A stretch of DNA of 54,963 nt from a virus (Duplodnaviria; Caudoviricetes), in the IMG/VR virus record IMGVR_UViG_3300009703_000023, positions 1 to 54,963 of that record. One strand, written 5' to 3'. How positions within the stretch are numbered: the stretch's first letter is position 1; every line of letters starts with the position of its first letter. The position numbers and the translations under genes are program-made. Below, in pieces: positions 26,424-36,023 of the stretch. The notes below the pieces were generated by a model, which made no database searches, was not told the DNA's origin, and saw only the letters and a list, made by a program, of their open reading frames with translations.

Positions 26424-26452
26424 TTGTTTATAGCAATTAGTGCGGCTAATAT
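26424..26452 (+). promoter_or_regulatory. Sigma70-like promoter with operator copy 4 in the spacer
   Basis: TTGTTT-N17-TAATAT containing ATTAGT-GCG-GCTAAT (26436-26450). Confidence 0.7.
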
Positions 26453-26458
26453 CCGAAA

Positions 26459-26731
26459 ATGGCCATCCAAGTTTTGCTTTTGGACGGATTCGACACAGCA
26501 ATCATAGGCACCGGGTTAAACGCCGGTGGCTTGGAGTGCGTTGTGTATGACGGTTATAAAGTGCAAAACATACTTCGGGAGCTAGAATACCCAGGTAGTC
26601 TGGAAGAATTTTTAGCTGAGCTAGAGACTTTGTCTCCTTCACCGCCCGAGCTTAATACCCCGCTATTTGTGTTTATTGATGAACGAGTTGTCGATGAAGT
26701 CACAGCCGGAAGAGCTGGCCGCATCCACTGA
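26459..26731 (+). CDS. Conserved small phage protein
   Basis: LLDGFDTAIIG...VVYD...TPLF pattern. Confidence 0.65.
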   Translation: MAIQVLLLDGFDTAIIGTGLNAGGLECVVYDGYKVQNILRELEYPGSLEEFLAELETLSPSPPELNTPLFVFIDERVVDEVTAGRAGRIH

Positions 26732-27212
26732 TCTAGTGGATCCGCACACAGAGTTTCAATCCCATCTACCTTATATGGGGTTGCAGCTAAATGAGCTGAC
26801 CGTCCAACAAGAGAAGCTGGTTCTTTTAATAGCCAGTGGAATGACCACTGCAGCAGCAGGCCGGGGCGCAGGGTATGCGTCTTCGAAGACTGCATTGGAA
26901 GCGTCGAAAAAGCCAGCCGTGCAGAAAGCATTGTCTTACTACCGCGAGCAGATGCGGGAGGAAGTGAATTTCAAGCGTGAGCACGCACACATGATGTACA
27001 TGGAAGCATATACGTCATCTGTTAATGCCACTGAGATGAAGAACACAGTTGATTCACTAGTGAAGCTGCACGGGCTGGGTATGCCTGATAATGCTACACA
27101 AGTGAATATAAACGTGAATACCTCCGCTAAGCAGCTGGAACGGTTGAGTGACGAAGAGCTGTTGGAGATAGCCGGTAAGAATGTGGATTATCTGGAGCCT
27201 GACGACAGTTGA
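26679..27212 (+). CDS. terS: Terminase small subunit
   Basis: LTVQQEK...AAAGRGAGY HTH, KLHGL, LSDEELL; directly upstream of TerL; exact start uncertain. Confidence 0.75.
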   Translation: MNELSMKSQPEELAASTDLVDPHTEFQSHLPYMGLQLNELTVQQEKLVLLIASGMTTAAAGRGAGYASSKTALEASKKPAVQKALSYYREQMREEVNFKREHAHMMYMEAYTSSVNATEMKNTVDSLVKLHGLGMPDNATQVNINVNTSAKQLERLSDEELLEIAGKNVDYLEPDDS

Positions 27213-28864
27213 CAGTCGACATCGCTAAGAAAGAGTGTTCTCGCTGCAAGAAGCTGCTAGCCGAAACGCTATTTAGCTCAGCAGTTGAAGGCGTATGTGT
27301 CTACTGCAAAGCGGACGACATGGATGCTCTTCCGCCACCCGCCTCTGCCGTTGTGGAGGACCAAACGCCTGAAGAGGTGACCCTTGAAGAAAAAGCCCGA
27401 CAAGAACTTGCGCTACGGTTCCTTACGCGCAAGAGGCTACTCCCTTTTGTTGAACGCTTTAATATCGACTACGACGCTGGCTGGGTACATAAAGATGTCT
27501 GCCGTCGCCTTGAAAAATTCAGTCAGGACGTTGTGGATAAGAAGTCGCCGCGTCTTATGCTCTTTATGCCGCCTCGTCATGGCAAAAGTACGCTCGCCAG
27601 CGTCTGCTATCCGGCGTGGCACCTCGGTCGCCATCCAGCACACGAGTTCATTTCTTGCTCGTACTCTGGATCACTGGCGATGGGTTTTTCTCGTAAAGTT
27701 CGGCAGCTCCTCCGTGAGCCAACGTATAAGACTGCTTTTCCGACGCGACTAGACCCCGACAGTCAGAGTGCCGAAGCATGGTTGACCACTGCCGGTGGCG
27801 GTTATGTAGCGGCAGGTGTCGGTGGTGGTATCACAGGTAAAGGTGCCCATGTGATGGTCATCGACGATCCTGTGAAAAACCGCGAGGATGCGGAGTCGGA
27901 CAACAATAGAAACGCCAACTGGGACTGGTATACGTCAACTGCCTATACCCGTCTGGCTCCCGGCGGCGGCGTATTGGTCATCCTCACCCGATGGCATGAC
28001 GACGATCTGGCTGGCAGGTTGTTGAAGTCGTCTACCGAAGGCGGCGATCAGTGGGAGGTAGTTTCTTACCCTGCGATAGCAGAAGTAGACGAGCAGTTCC
28101 GCGATATGGGGGAAGCGCTGCACCCGGAGCGGTATTCGGCGGATGCTTTGAACCAGATACGTAAAGCGGTTGGCCCCCGAGATTGGGCAGCGTTGTATCA
28201 GCAGAACCCGGTTGCGGATGACGGTGAGTACTTCACCCGTGAGATGATTCAGTACTACTCTAACGAAGACGTAGATTTTGAGTCCATGCGCTACTACTGT
28301 GCATGGGACTTAGCTATAGGTAAGAAGGACCGGAACGACTATTCGGTGGGAGTTGTCGTTGGTGTAGATGAATACGACCAGTTGTTCGTTGTGGATGTCG
28401 TTCGTGGAAGATTTGATGGGTTTGAGCTGGTTGAGCAGATATTAGACCTGTATCAAACGTGGAAGCCGAGCATAATTGGCATTGAGAAGGGTCATATCGA
28501 AATGGCCCTAGGCCCGTTCCTTGAGAAGCGGGTCAGAGAACGCGGATTGTACGAAGCGTATTTTAAAGATCTGAAGACCGGGCGCAGGGATAAAGAAGCA
28601 CGGGCCAGAGCCATCCAAGGTCGGATGCAGCAAGGTATGGTGTTCTTCCCGAGAGAAGACCACTTTACTGACGTTTTAGTTGCGGAACTGTTGCGCTTCC
28701 CCAGCGGAGCGCACGATGACCAAGTCGATGCCCTCGCGTGGGTGGGCCTTATGATGAGTGAGTTTTCAACCTTCCAGCCAACAGTTACTGTTGAACCGAG
28801 CTGGCGGGACCGATTAGAGAGCATGTTCAAAACCCCCCGTGCCAAATCCAGTATGAGCGCTTAA
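27209..28864 (+). CDS. terL: Terminase large subunit
   Basis: MPPRHGKS Walker A, VIDDP Walker B, TRWHDDD, YQQNP, WDLA, HDDQVDA; extra N-terminal CxxC pair. Confidence 0.95.
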   Translation: MTVDIAKKECSRCKKLLAETLFSSAVEGVCVYCKADDMDALPPPASAVVEDQTPEEVTLEEKARQELALRFLTRKRLLPFVERFNIDYDAGWVHKDVCRRLEKFSQDVVDKKSPRLMLFMPPRHGKSTLASVCYPAWHLGRHPAHEFISCSYSGSLAMGFSRKVRQLLREPTYKTAFPTRLDPDSQSAEAWLTTAGGGYVAAGVGGGITGKGAHVMVIDDPVKNREDAESDNNRNANWDWYTSTAYTRLAPGGGVLVILTRWHDDDLAGRLLKSSTEGGDQWEVVSYPAIAEVDEQFRDMGEALHPERYSADALNQIRKAVGPRDWAALYQQNPVADDGEYFTREMIQYYSNEDVDFESMRYYCAWDLAIGKKDRNDYSVGVVVGVDEYDQLFVVDVVRGRFDGFELVEQILDLYQTWKPSIIGIEKGHIEMALGPFLEKRVRERGLYEAYFKDLKTGRRDKEARARAIQGRMQQGMVFFPREDHFTDVLVAELLRFPSGAHDDQVDALAWVGLMMSEFSTFQPTVTVEPSWRDRLESMFKTPRAKSSMSA

Positions 28865-28867
28865 CAA

Positions 28868-30991
28868 ATGAAGAAATCCGCCCGACTCAGCCCCGGTGAA
28901 GAGCAGCGTATAGCTGCTGGCCAGTGGGACCGTTATGTACGTGCCCGTGACAACGGCCACCTTGAATATATCGAGATGGCTAAGAAGTGCGATGCTTTCT
29001 ATCGCGGGGATCAGTGGGATGACAATGATATCTCTAATCTTGAGGCGGAAGGTCGTCCTGCTCTGACTATAAATACTGTGCTTCCCACGGTGAACACCGT
29101 TCTCGGTGAGCAGAGTACCCGCCGTGCGGACGTGCAGTTCAAGCCGCGCCGTGGCGGGGAAGCTGAAGTCGCGCATACGCTGACCAAGCTATACATGCAG
29201 ATCGCGGATAACAACAAGCTCGACTGGGTCGAACAACAGGTCTTCAGTGACGGCCTTATTCTGGACGGACGCGGGTGGTTCGATGTTCGGATGGACTTCT
29301 CCGACCATGTCGAAGGCGAGATCCGCATAACCGCGAAAGATCCGCTGGATATTCTGATTGACCCCGACGCTAAAGATTCGGATCCAAAAACCTGGAACGA
29401 GGTCTTTGAAACCCGATGGATGACGCTTGACGAGATTCAAGAGTCTTACGGTAAGAAGAAAGCGGAGCAGCTGCAGTTTATTGCTGAGAACGGCAATAGC
29501 TACGGTCGTGACTCTGTTGAGTACGAAGAGAACCGCTTCGGGGATCTGGATGCTGAGACAGACTATATAGGTATAAGCACTACCGGCAGCGATGACGACT
29601 ACCGCAATTTGCGTGCGCTTCGCGTCATTGAACGGCAACATCGCCGTATGCAGCGGGTTATGTGTTTCGTTGACCCGGTCACTGGCGACTCACGTGATGC
29701 TCCCGATGCATGGAGCGAGACCAAGGTTAAGAAGTTTGGCAAGCAGTATGGCCTTAGCGTCGTATCAAAGGTCAAGCGTAAGGTTCGATGGACCGTGACC
29801 TGTGATCAGATAGTCCTTCACGATGACTGGTCGCCGTATGACAACTTCACCCTCATACCGTTCTTTGCGTACTTCCGCCGTGGCCGTCCGTTTGGCATGG
29901 TGCGGAACCTTCTGTCTCCGCAAGAGCAGCTTAATAAGATCGCCAGTCAAGAACTGCATATCGTCAACACCACTGCCAACAGTGGTTGGATGGTTGAAAG
30001 CGGATCCCTTGTTGGTCTATCTGCGGACGATCTTGAAGAGCACGGAGCCGAGACCGGATTGGTGCTGGAGTACAACCGAGGCTCTACACCCCCAGTTAAA
30101 ATTCAGCCGAATAACATCCCAACCGGGCTGGACCGCATAAGCCAGAAAGCCGCTGCAAACATAAAAGCGATCAGTGGCATCAACGACTCGATGCTTGGGT
30201 CAGATAGCGCTGAAGTATCGGGTATTGCGATTCGGGCTAAGCAGAATCGCGGCGTCATCATGATTCAGGTGCCGCTAGATAATCTACGCAAAGCGCGACA
30301 GTATCTGGCTGAGTCAATCCTTCATTGCATCCAGAGCTTTTATACAGAAGAACGTGTCATTCAAGTTACTAACGAGGATGACCCGATGAAGCCGCGGGAG
30401 GAGATGGTTATCAACCAGCCGACGCCCGAAGGCCGCGTTATTAACGACCTCACCCTAGGTGAGTACGACGTTATTATTTCTACTGCTCCTGCCCGAGATT
30501 CGTTCGACGAAGTGCAGTTTGCAGAGGCGCTTAACTTACGTCAGGTCGGCGTATCCATTCCTGATGACGCCATTATTGAGTACTCTCACTTGGCTCGTAA
30601 GGGTGAACTTGCGAAACGTATCCGTATGCTTACGGGCGTCGAGCAGTCTCCAGAGCAGCAAGAGATGGCAGCGGCCCAGCAGCAGATGCAGATGCAGTCT
30701 GTGCAGCTTGAGATTGCGAAGATGCAAGCGGAAGTTGAGAAGATCCAGAGCGAAACAGCGGTCAACATGTCGAAGGTTCAGGATACGACAGACGTCGAAC
30801 CACAACTTCGCTTGGCTGAGTTGCAAGCTAAGCTGGAGATGAAGATGCAGGAACTTGAGCTACGCCGTGAGCTTGCCGCTCTTACTAACAGCACTCGCAC
30901 TAATCAGGCTGAAACTAGTGCAGCCACTCGAATAGCTGCTACTGCCATGCAGACAGCTGCTAAAACCCAGCAAAATCAAGGAGCCAACTAA
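28868..30991 (+). CDS. Portal protein (P22/N4-like)
   Basis: FYRGDQW...GRPALTIN, PQEQLNK, SGIAI, Gln-rich C-terminal barrel; follows TerL. Confidence 0.9.
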   Translation: MKKSARLSPGEEQRIAAGQWDRYVRARDNGHLEYIEMAKKCDAFYRGDQWDDNDISNLEAEGRPALTINTVLPTVNTVLGEQSTRRADVQFKPRRGGEAEVAHTLTKLYMQIADNNKLDWVEQQVFSDGLILDGRGWFDVRMDFSDHVEGEIRITAKDPLDILIDPDAKDSDPKTWNEVFETRWMTLDEIQESYGKKKAEQLQFIAENGNSYGRDSVEYEENRFGDLDAETDYIGISTTGSDDDYRNLRALRVIERQHRRMQRVMCFVDPVTGDSRDAPDAWSETKVKKFGKQYGLSVVSKVKRKVRWTVTCDQIVLHDDWSPYDNFTLIPFFAYFRRGRPFGMVRNLLSPQEQLNKIASQELHIVNTTANSGWMVESGSLVGLSADDLEEHGAETGLVLEYNRGSTPPVKIQPNNIPTGLDRISQKAAANIKAISGINDSMLGSDSAEVSGIAIRAKQNRGVIMIQVPLDNLRKARQYLAESILHCIQSFYTEERVIQVTNEDDPMKPREEMVINQPTPEGRVINDLTLGEYDVIISTAPARDSFDEVQFAEALNLRQVGVSIPDDAIIEYSHLARKGELAKRIRMLTGVEQSPEQQEMAAAQQQMQMQSVQLEIAKMQAEVEKIQSETAVNMSKVQDTTDVEPQLRLAELQAKLEMKMQELELRRELAALTNSTRTNQAETSAATRIAATAMQTAAKTQQNQGAN

Positions 30992-32073
30992 TGGCAGACG
31001 ATAAGCAGGAAGATAACAGCCCTCTTGAGTTAGACGCTATGCCGGGAGCAGACCGCGCCGAGCCAGAACCGGAGACCGCAGTCGATCTGAACTTTGGACT
31101 CGGGGAGGAAGATGCCGAGAGCGAACCCGATGATACGGATGACGAGGCAGTAGACACTTCAGAAGAGGCCGTCGAGCCAGAGGAAGCTGATCACAATATT
31201 GCGGAAGTCGATGAAGAGACAGTGGCCGAAAATGAAGCCGCTGAACCGGAAGACCAGCCCAGTTTGTCAGATGAGACTGACACAGTTGCTGAAACGGAGG
31301 CTGTTGAACCTGCAGCAGAGGCAGAACAACCGGCACCTAAGAAGCCGATGGTCCCAAAGGCCCGTCTTGACGAGGTGTTAGCCAAGCAAAAAGCGCTGCA
31401 GAAGCAGCTCGATGACTTGAAAGCGGCTCAAGCAGATATCCAAGCTCCAGAAGCACCCGAGGAGTACGATTTTGCTGCGAAAGAAGTCGAATATCAGAAT
31501 ATGTTGCTCGATGGCGAGGCTAATAAAGCCGCGCAGCTACGGTCTGAGATAAGAACAGCCGAGCGCCAGCAGATTGAGTTTGAATTAACTCAAAAAGTAC
31601 AGCAATCGGTGCAAGAAGGTCAGCAACAGACGGCTTTACAGCAAGCAGCTGCGGAACTTGAAGCGAGTTTCCCTGTCTTCTCTCAAGGGTCAGCTGATTA
31701 TTCGGCTGAACTTACCCAAGAAGTCATTGATTTGCGCGATGCGTTCATCATAAAAGGCGACAATGCAGTAGCTGCACTGTCAAAAGCTGCTAATTTTGTT
31801 CTTCGGGACAACGATTTGGTCGATATGTCTGAAGCACAGCCTGCTCTCTCGGATAGTAGTGTCGCAGAGAAGCGTTCTGTAGACGAAGTATCGAAGAAAC
31901 GCGCCGAAGTCAGCCGTAAATTGAAGGCGGCAGAGGCTCAACCGCCGGAATTGCCCGGCGAAAGTTCTGCAAGCAGAGGAGAAAAGCTGCTGGACGTTGA
32001 CTCTATGACCGATGAGGAGTTTAACGCGCTCCCAGAAGCTACTTTGAAACGCTTGCGCGGCGATATTGTATAA
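30991..32073 (+). CDS. Capsid scaffolding protein
   Basis: Very acidic N-terminus, VPKARLDEV coiled coil, MTDEEFNALP C-terminus; follows the portal. Confidence 0.8.
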   Translation: MADDKQEDNSPLELDAMPGADRAEPEPETAVDLNFGLGEEDAESEPDDTDDEAVDTSEEAVEPEEADHNIAEVDEETVAENEAAEPEDQPSLSDETDTVAETEAVEPAAEAEQPAPKKPMVPKARLDEVLAKQKALQKQLDDLKAAQADIQAPEAPEEYDFAAKEVEYQNMLLDGEANKAAQLRSEIRTAERQQIEFELTQKVQQSVQEGQQQTALQQAAAELEASFPVFSQGSADYSAELTQEVIDLRDAFIIKGDNAVAALSKAANFVLRDNDLVDMSEAQPALSDSSVAEKRSVDEVSKKRAEVSRKLKAAEAQPPELPGESSASRGEKLLDVDSMTDEEFNALPEATLKRLRGDIV

Positions 32074-32076
32074 ACC

Positions 32077-32277
32077 GTGACCGAGATAGCCCCAGTCGTA
32101 CCTGTTTCATGGGTCTCAGTAGCTCAAAATAAGGTTGAGACCCTTGAAAAGGCTGCGGATGGGGAGTTTATCCGGTCAACTAGGTTTACCACGGAAACAA
32201 CGATCTACACATTAGCTGAAGGTCGTTTGGAAATTCAAAAAATCTCAGGAGGATCTAATCTGCTCGGAGAAGCGTGA
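32077..32277 (+). CDS. Small hypothetical protein
   Basis: 66 aa, GTG start, GTGA coupling with the next gene. Confidence 0.5.
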   Translation: MTEIAPVVPVSWVSVAQNKVETLEKAADGEFIRSTRFTTETTIYTLAEGRLEIQKISGGSNLLGEA

Positions 32278-32759
32278 CCATGTTCGGTTTCGGTATAGGT
32301 GAAGCTGCTGCAATAGCAGGCGTCATTTCGACGCTTAAGTCGTTGAACGACGGTCTTTCTACTATAAAGGAGTCTGGTGCCCACGCTGGTAGTCTTGTAA
32401 CGCTTGTCTCTCGTTATGGGGAAGTCGAGAAGAAGATCCAAGAGGTTGAGTCCGCTAAGGGGGGCGTACTCGATCTGAAACAGAGTATGCAAATGCAGGT
32501 GGCTAAGCGCCAAGCGCAGACTTTTAATCGCCAGCTGAAAGATGCTCTATTGATGAGTGGGCAGGCGTCTCAGTACAACGAGATAATGACTCGTATAGAA
32601 GAGTCGAGAGAAGCGCACGAAAAGGCCGTTGCGAAATTAAAACGCGCAAAGCAGAAACGGAAGAAAGAGCTGCAAGAGGCGTTTAAGGTTATAGGGATAT
32701 TTTTTGTAACTGCAGCCGTGGTGTTTGCTATCGCCATGGCTGTTATGGCCTATTATTAA
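32274..32759 (+). CDS. Coiled-coil protein with C-terminal transmembrane helix
   Basis: 161 aa; hydrophobic N-terminal segment, basic coil, TM tail. Confidence 0.65.
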   Translation: MTMFGFGIGEAAAIAGVISTLKSLNDGLSTIKESGAHAGSLVTLVSRYGEVEKKIQEVESAKGGVLDLKQSMQMQVAKRQAQTFNRQLKDALLMSGQASQYNEIMTRIEESREAHEKAVAKLKRAKQKRKKELQEAFKVIGIFFVTAAVVFAIAMAVMAYY

Positions 32760-32773
32760 GTGCTTACTTCGAC

Positions 32774-32802
32774 TTGTTTTTGCGAATTAGCATCGCTAAT
32801 AT
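32774..32802 (+). promoter_or_regulatory. Capsid promoter with operator copy 5 in the spacer
   Basis: TTGTTT-N17-TAATAT containing ATTAGC-ATC-GCTAAT (32786-32800); same geometry as 26424. Confidence 0.72.
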
Positions 32803-32810
32803 TCGATTAT

Positions 32811-32972
32811 TCGTATGCCCTGACGATAGACGGGCCGTGTCGTACACGTAAAAACCGTCCTCGCCTGCACTAGGCGTTAAAAAAGCCGAGTTCGCTGCTC
32901 GTAAATAATGCGCTAGTTCGTCGAACCACGATACGGTTCAGGAATAGCCGGTCCTTATACGGTTAAATGGCT
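32811..32972 (+). ncRNA. Structured 5' leader of the major capsid mRNA: six tandem hairpin/pseudoknot units
   Basis: Repeated CG-closed short stems, each followed by a TA/A-rich tail; loop-tail complementarity is clear in three units. Confidence 0.55.
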
Positions 32973-33012
32973 TTTTGCCTAGAACTTTTCGCATTAATTA
33001 CGAGGGAGCCTA

Positions 33013-34161
33013 ATGGCTACTACTAACTTTTCTACGCTCTCCGAAGGCCAACTGACGGCCTGGAGTCGCGATTTCTGGCGTGTTGCTCGCAACATGTCTT
33101 TTATCAATCAGTTCGCCGGGTCTGGCAGCAACGCCATGGTTCAGCGTGTTACTGAACTCACCAAATCCGAAAAAGGCGCAAAGGCGGTTATTACGCTGCT
33201 TGCCGACATGACCGGAGACGGCATCACGGGTGACAACACTCTCGAAGGGAATGAAGAAGCGCTGCGCGCATACGACATCTCCATCGAGCTGGATCAACTG
33301 CGCTTTGCAAACCGGCTTGCCGGTCGCATGGCCGACCAGAAGGTGGTTGTTAACTTCCGTGAGCAGTCTCGTGATGCTTTGGCCTATGCTATGGCTGATC
33401 GTATTGACCAGTTGGCGTTTCTTACGCTGTCTGGAATTGCGTATACCAATAAGACAGGTGGTGGACAACGCACCGTGTCTGGTACGGCTGGCCACGAACT
33501 GGTTGACCTTGAGTTTGCGTCGGATGTTTCCGCGCCGACTAATGGACGCCACAAGCGTGTAAGCGGCAATGACCTTGTTGCTGGCGATACGACCGAAGTA
33601 ACGGCTACGGACATACTGAAGTACCGTCACATTGTTGATCTTAAAGCTTATGCTAAAGATCAGTATATTCGCGGTATTCGCGGTGCAGGTAACGACGAGA
33701 TGTTCCATCTCTTCGTAACGCCACAGCAGATGGCCGACCTTAAGCTTGATTCTGATTTCCTCGCCAACGTCCGTAATGCGGGTGTACGCGGGTCACAGAA
33801 CCAGTTGTTTGCCGGTAGCTCCAGCCTGATGGTTGACGGTGTGATGGTCCATGAGTTCCGTCATGTCTTCTCCAATGAAAACGCTACAACCGGGACTAGC
33901 AGCAACGAAGGTGCAGCTTTCTACAAATGGGGTGCAAACGCTAACGTAGTTGGCGCACGTGCTCTGTTCTGTGGTGCTCAAGCACTGGCCTTGGCTGATA
34001 TTGGTCTCCCTGATATCACTGAAGATACCTTCGACTATGGTAACCAGTCGGGTATTTCCATTGGTAAGATCTTCGGGCTGCGTAAGCCGAAGTACAATCA
34101 GGACGTACACGCTACGGCTGTACAGGACTTCGGTGTCATCTGCCTCGACACCGCTCAGTAA
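33013..34161 (+). CDS. Major capsid protein (N4 gp56/DUF4043-like)
   Basis: TELTKSEKG, GDNTLEGNEEAL, DQLRFA, DYGNQ...GKIFG...DFGVI; GAGGGAG RBS; followed by a strong terminator. Confidence 0.92.
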   Translation: MATTNFSTLSEGQLTAWSRDFWRVARNMSFINQFAGSGSNAMVQRVTELTKSEKGAKAVITLLADMTGDGITGDNTLEGNEEALRAYDISIELDQLRFANRLAGRMADQKVVVNFREQSRDALAYAMADRIDQLAFLTLSGIAYTNKTGGGQRTVSGTAGHELVDLEFASDVSAPTNGRHKRVSGNDLVAGDTTEVTATDILKYRHIVDLKAYAKDQYIRGIRGAGNDEMFHLFVTPQQMADLKLDSDFLANVRNAGVRGSQNQLFAGSSSLMVDGVMVHEFRHVFSNENATTGTSSNEGAAFYKWGANANVVGARALFCGAQALALADIGLPDITEDTFDYGNQSGISIGKIFGLRKPKYNQDVHATAVQDFGVICLDTAQ

Positions 34162-34167
34162 GAACCC

Positions 34168-34196
34168 TGCCCCCTCTTCGGAGGGGGCATTTCTTT
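34168..34196 (+). terminator. Rho-independent terminator
   Basis: TGCCCCCTC-TTCG-GAGGGGGCA followed by TTTCTTT. Confidence 0.9.
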
Positions 34197-34221
34197 CCCC
34201 TAGAAGGAGCTGTAGTTACTA

Positions 34222-34617
34222 ATGAAGATTGTTAGCGACAAGGATCTGCGCGTGGCTATGCTGTCAGGCGCTGTCGTATTATTTGAAGCAGGTGTTGCAC
34301 GGGAGATATCTGAAGAGATTGCTTGGGTGGCTCTTCAAATGGGGGCTAAGGAAGTCTCCGTTGATACACCGAAAGAACCTGTTATTTCGGAGCCGCCACT
34401 TGAGGTGAGTGAAGAAGTGTCCGTCGAGGTGACTGCACCAGAGGAAGACGACTCTGCTTTGCTTGAGGTCATGAACCAAATTATTAAGGAAGGTGATCCC
34501 GAGTCTTTTAAGAGCGACGGCACGCCTAAAGCAGCTGTCGTTAACCGTATGGCAGGACGAACTGTGCGGACCGAAGAACGTGACTCAGCGTGGCAAAAGG
34601 CGCTGAACGCACTTTAG
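34222..34617 (+). CDS. Hypothetical head-associated protein
   Basis: 131 aa, AAGGAG RBS, F-x2-DGTPK...ERD motif. Confidence 0.65.
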   Translation: MKIVSDKDLRVAMLSGAVVLFEAGVAREISEEIAWVALQMGAKEVSVDTPKEPVISEPPLEVSEEVSVEVTAPEEDDSALLEVMNQIIKEGDPESFKSDGTPKAAVVNRMAGRTVRTEERDSAWQKALNAL

Positions 34618-34628
34618 TGAGGTAAGGC

Positions 34629-35330
34629 ATGGCAGTAACAGTACAAAGCGTAGTTGATCGAGTTCAGGCTACTCTGCAAGACACGACCGGCGTCCGCTGG
34701 CCTGTTACAGGAGAGCTTGTTCTGTGGGTCAATGACGCACAACGTGAGATAGCGTTACTGAAGCCCGACGCTAGCGCAACCAATGCGACTATTACGCTGG
34801 CTACAGGTACGAAACAGACAATACCCACCGGTGGTAATAGGTTGTTGCGCGTTGTACGGAATATGTCTGCCGCTAGTAGCGGGACTGGTAAGAGAGCAGT
34901 ACGGCTCGTATCGCGAGAAGTGCTCGATGCTCAGACACCAGACTGGCACGACCCAACTGTAACTGGTGACGCGGCGCATACCAGCGTTGTTAAGCACTAT
35001 ATCTACGACGAGCAGAACCCTCGGAACTTCTACGTATATCCCGGCGTGGCAGGCTCTGCTTATTTGGAGATCGTCTATTCAGACAATCCAGCAACTGTAG
35101 CTTTGGCGGGTAACCTGTCGGTTCCTGATATATACGCGAACGCAGTAATGAACTACGTTCTGTACATGGCGTATATGAAAGATGCTGAGTACGCAGGTAA
35201 CAATCAGCGTGCCGCCAATCACTACCAGATCTTTACTGCTGCAGTCACCGGGAAGGGACAGATAGACGCTCTTACTTCTCCTAATTTAGAAGACCACGCT
35301 GGTTCAGCTCCGCAGACACGGTTAGGGTAA
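34629..35330 (+). CDS. Head-tail adaptor-like protein
   Basis: LQD...RW...ELV.WVNDAQREIA, FYVYP, AYMKDAE; position after the capsid gene. Confidence 0.7.
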   Translation: MAVTVQSVVDRVQATLQDTTGVRWPVTGELVLWVNDAQREIALLKPDASATNATITLATGTKQTIPTGGNRLLRVVRNMSAASSGTGKRAVRLVSREVLDAQTPDWHDPTVTGDAAHTSVVKHYIYDEQNPRNFYVYPGVAGSAYLEIVYSDNPATVALAGNLSVPDIYANAVMNYVLYMAYMKDAEYAGNNQRAANHYQIFTAAVTGKGQIDALTSPNLEDHAGSAPQTRLG

Positions 35331-35336
35331 AACGCC

Positions 35337-36023
35337 ATGGCAACATCGTATGAAAGCTTGTTGCCAGAGATCATTCCGATGGTCCCCGGCTGTCCAGACA
35401 CTCTGATTGAGTCGAACATAAGAGCGGCGGCTATAGAACTATGCGAGAAAGCACCTGTATATCAGGCTGAGCTTGATCCCATAACGACCGTCGCTAATAT
35501 CTTTGAGTATGACCTAGAGCCGCCTTCAGGGGCGGTGGTGCATAGCATTCTCTGGCTCATCCACGAAGGCAAGGATCTTGAGCCGCTTTCTACTGGATTA
35601 GTGGAACAGCGTGTTCCTGACTGGCGGAACGCTTCTAACGCTGGCACGCCTCGTTATTTTGTAAAAACGTCGCAGAGCACTATTAACCTTGTGCCTACGC
35701 CGTCAGCCACGTCCGCGTCCAGCACTATTCTTAGAGCGCAGCTAAAACCCTCTCACACTTCGCAGAGTAGCGACGACGGTTTCATGTCGGATTATCGTGA
35801 GACGGTTATTAATGGATCGCTGTATAGGCTGTTACGTACCCCAAGTAAGGAGTGGACAGACTATAACGGCGCAGCTGTCTACGCAGGACTGTTCAATGAA
35901 GGCGTAGTACGCGCCGAAAGGCGTGCGCGCCATGGAGATTCACCTGTAGCAAGGAAGGTTAAATATGGAGGGTTGTACTCACACCCCAACACTAAGCGCA
36001 ATAAATACGGACAAGGCGGGTAA
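35337..36023 (+). CDS. Second adaptor / tail tubular protein A-like
   Basis: VPGCP...AAIELCE...LKPS; adaptor-like layout. Confidence 0.65.
   Translation: MATSYESLLPEIIPMVPGCPDTLIESNIRAAAIELCEKAPVYQAELDPITTVANIFEYDLEPPSGAVVHSILWLIHEGKDLEPLSTGLVEQRVPDWRNASNAGTPRYFVKTSQSTINLVPTPSATSASSTILRAQLKPSHTSQSSDDGFMSDYRETVINGSLYRLLRTPSKEWTDYNGAAVYAGLFNEGVVRAERRARHGDSPVARKVKYGGLYSHPNTKRNKYGQGG

Noticed and set aside
33010-33708. 232-aa antisense ORF over the capsid gene and similar shadow ORFs elsewhere
   Set aside because: Antisense to well-supported genes with no recognisable motifs.
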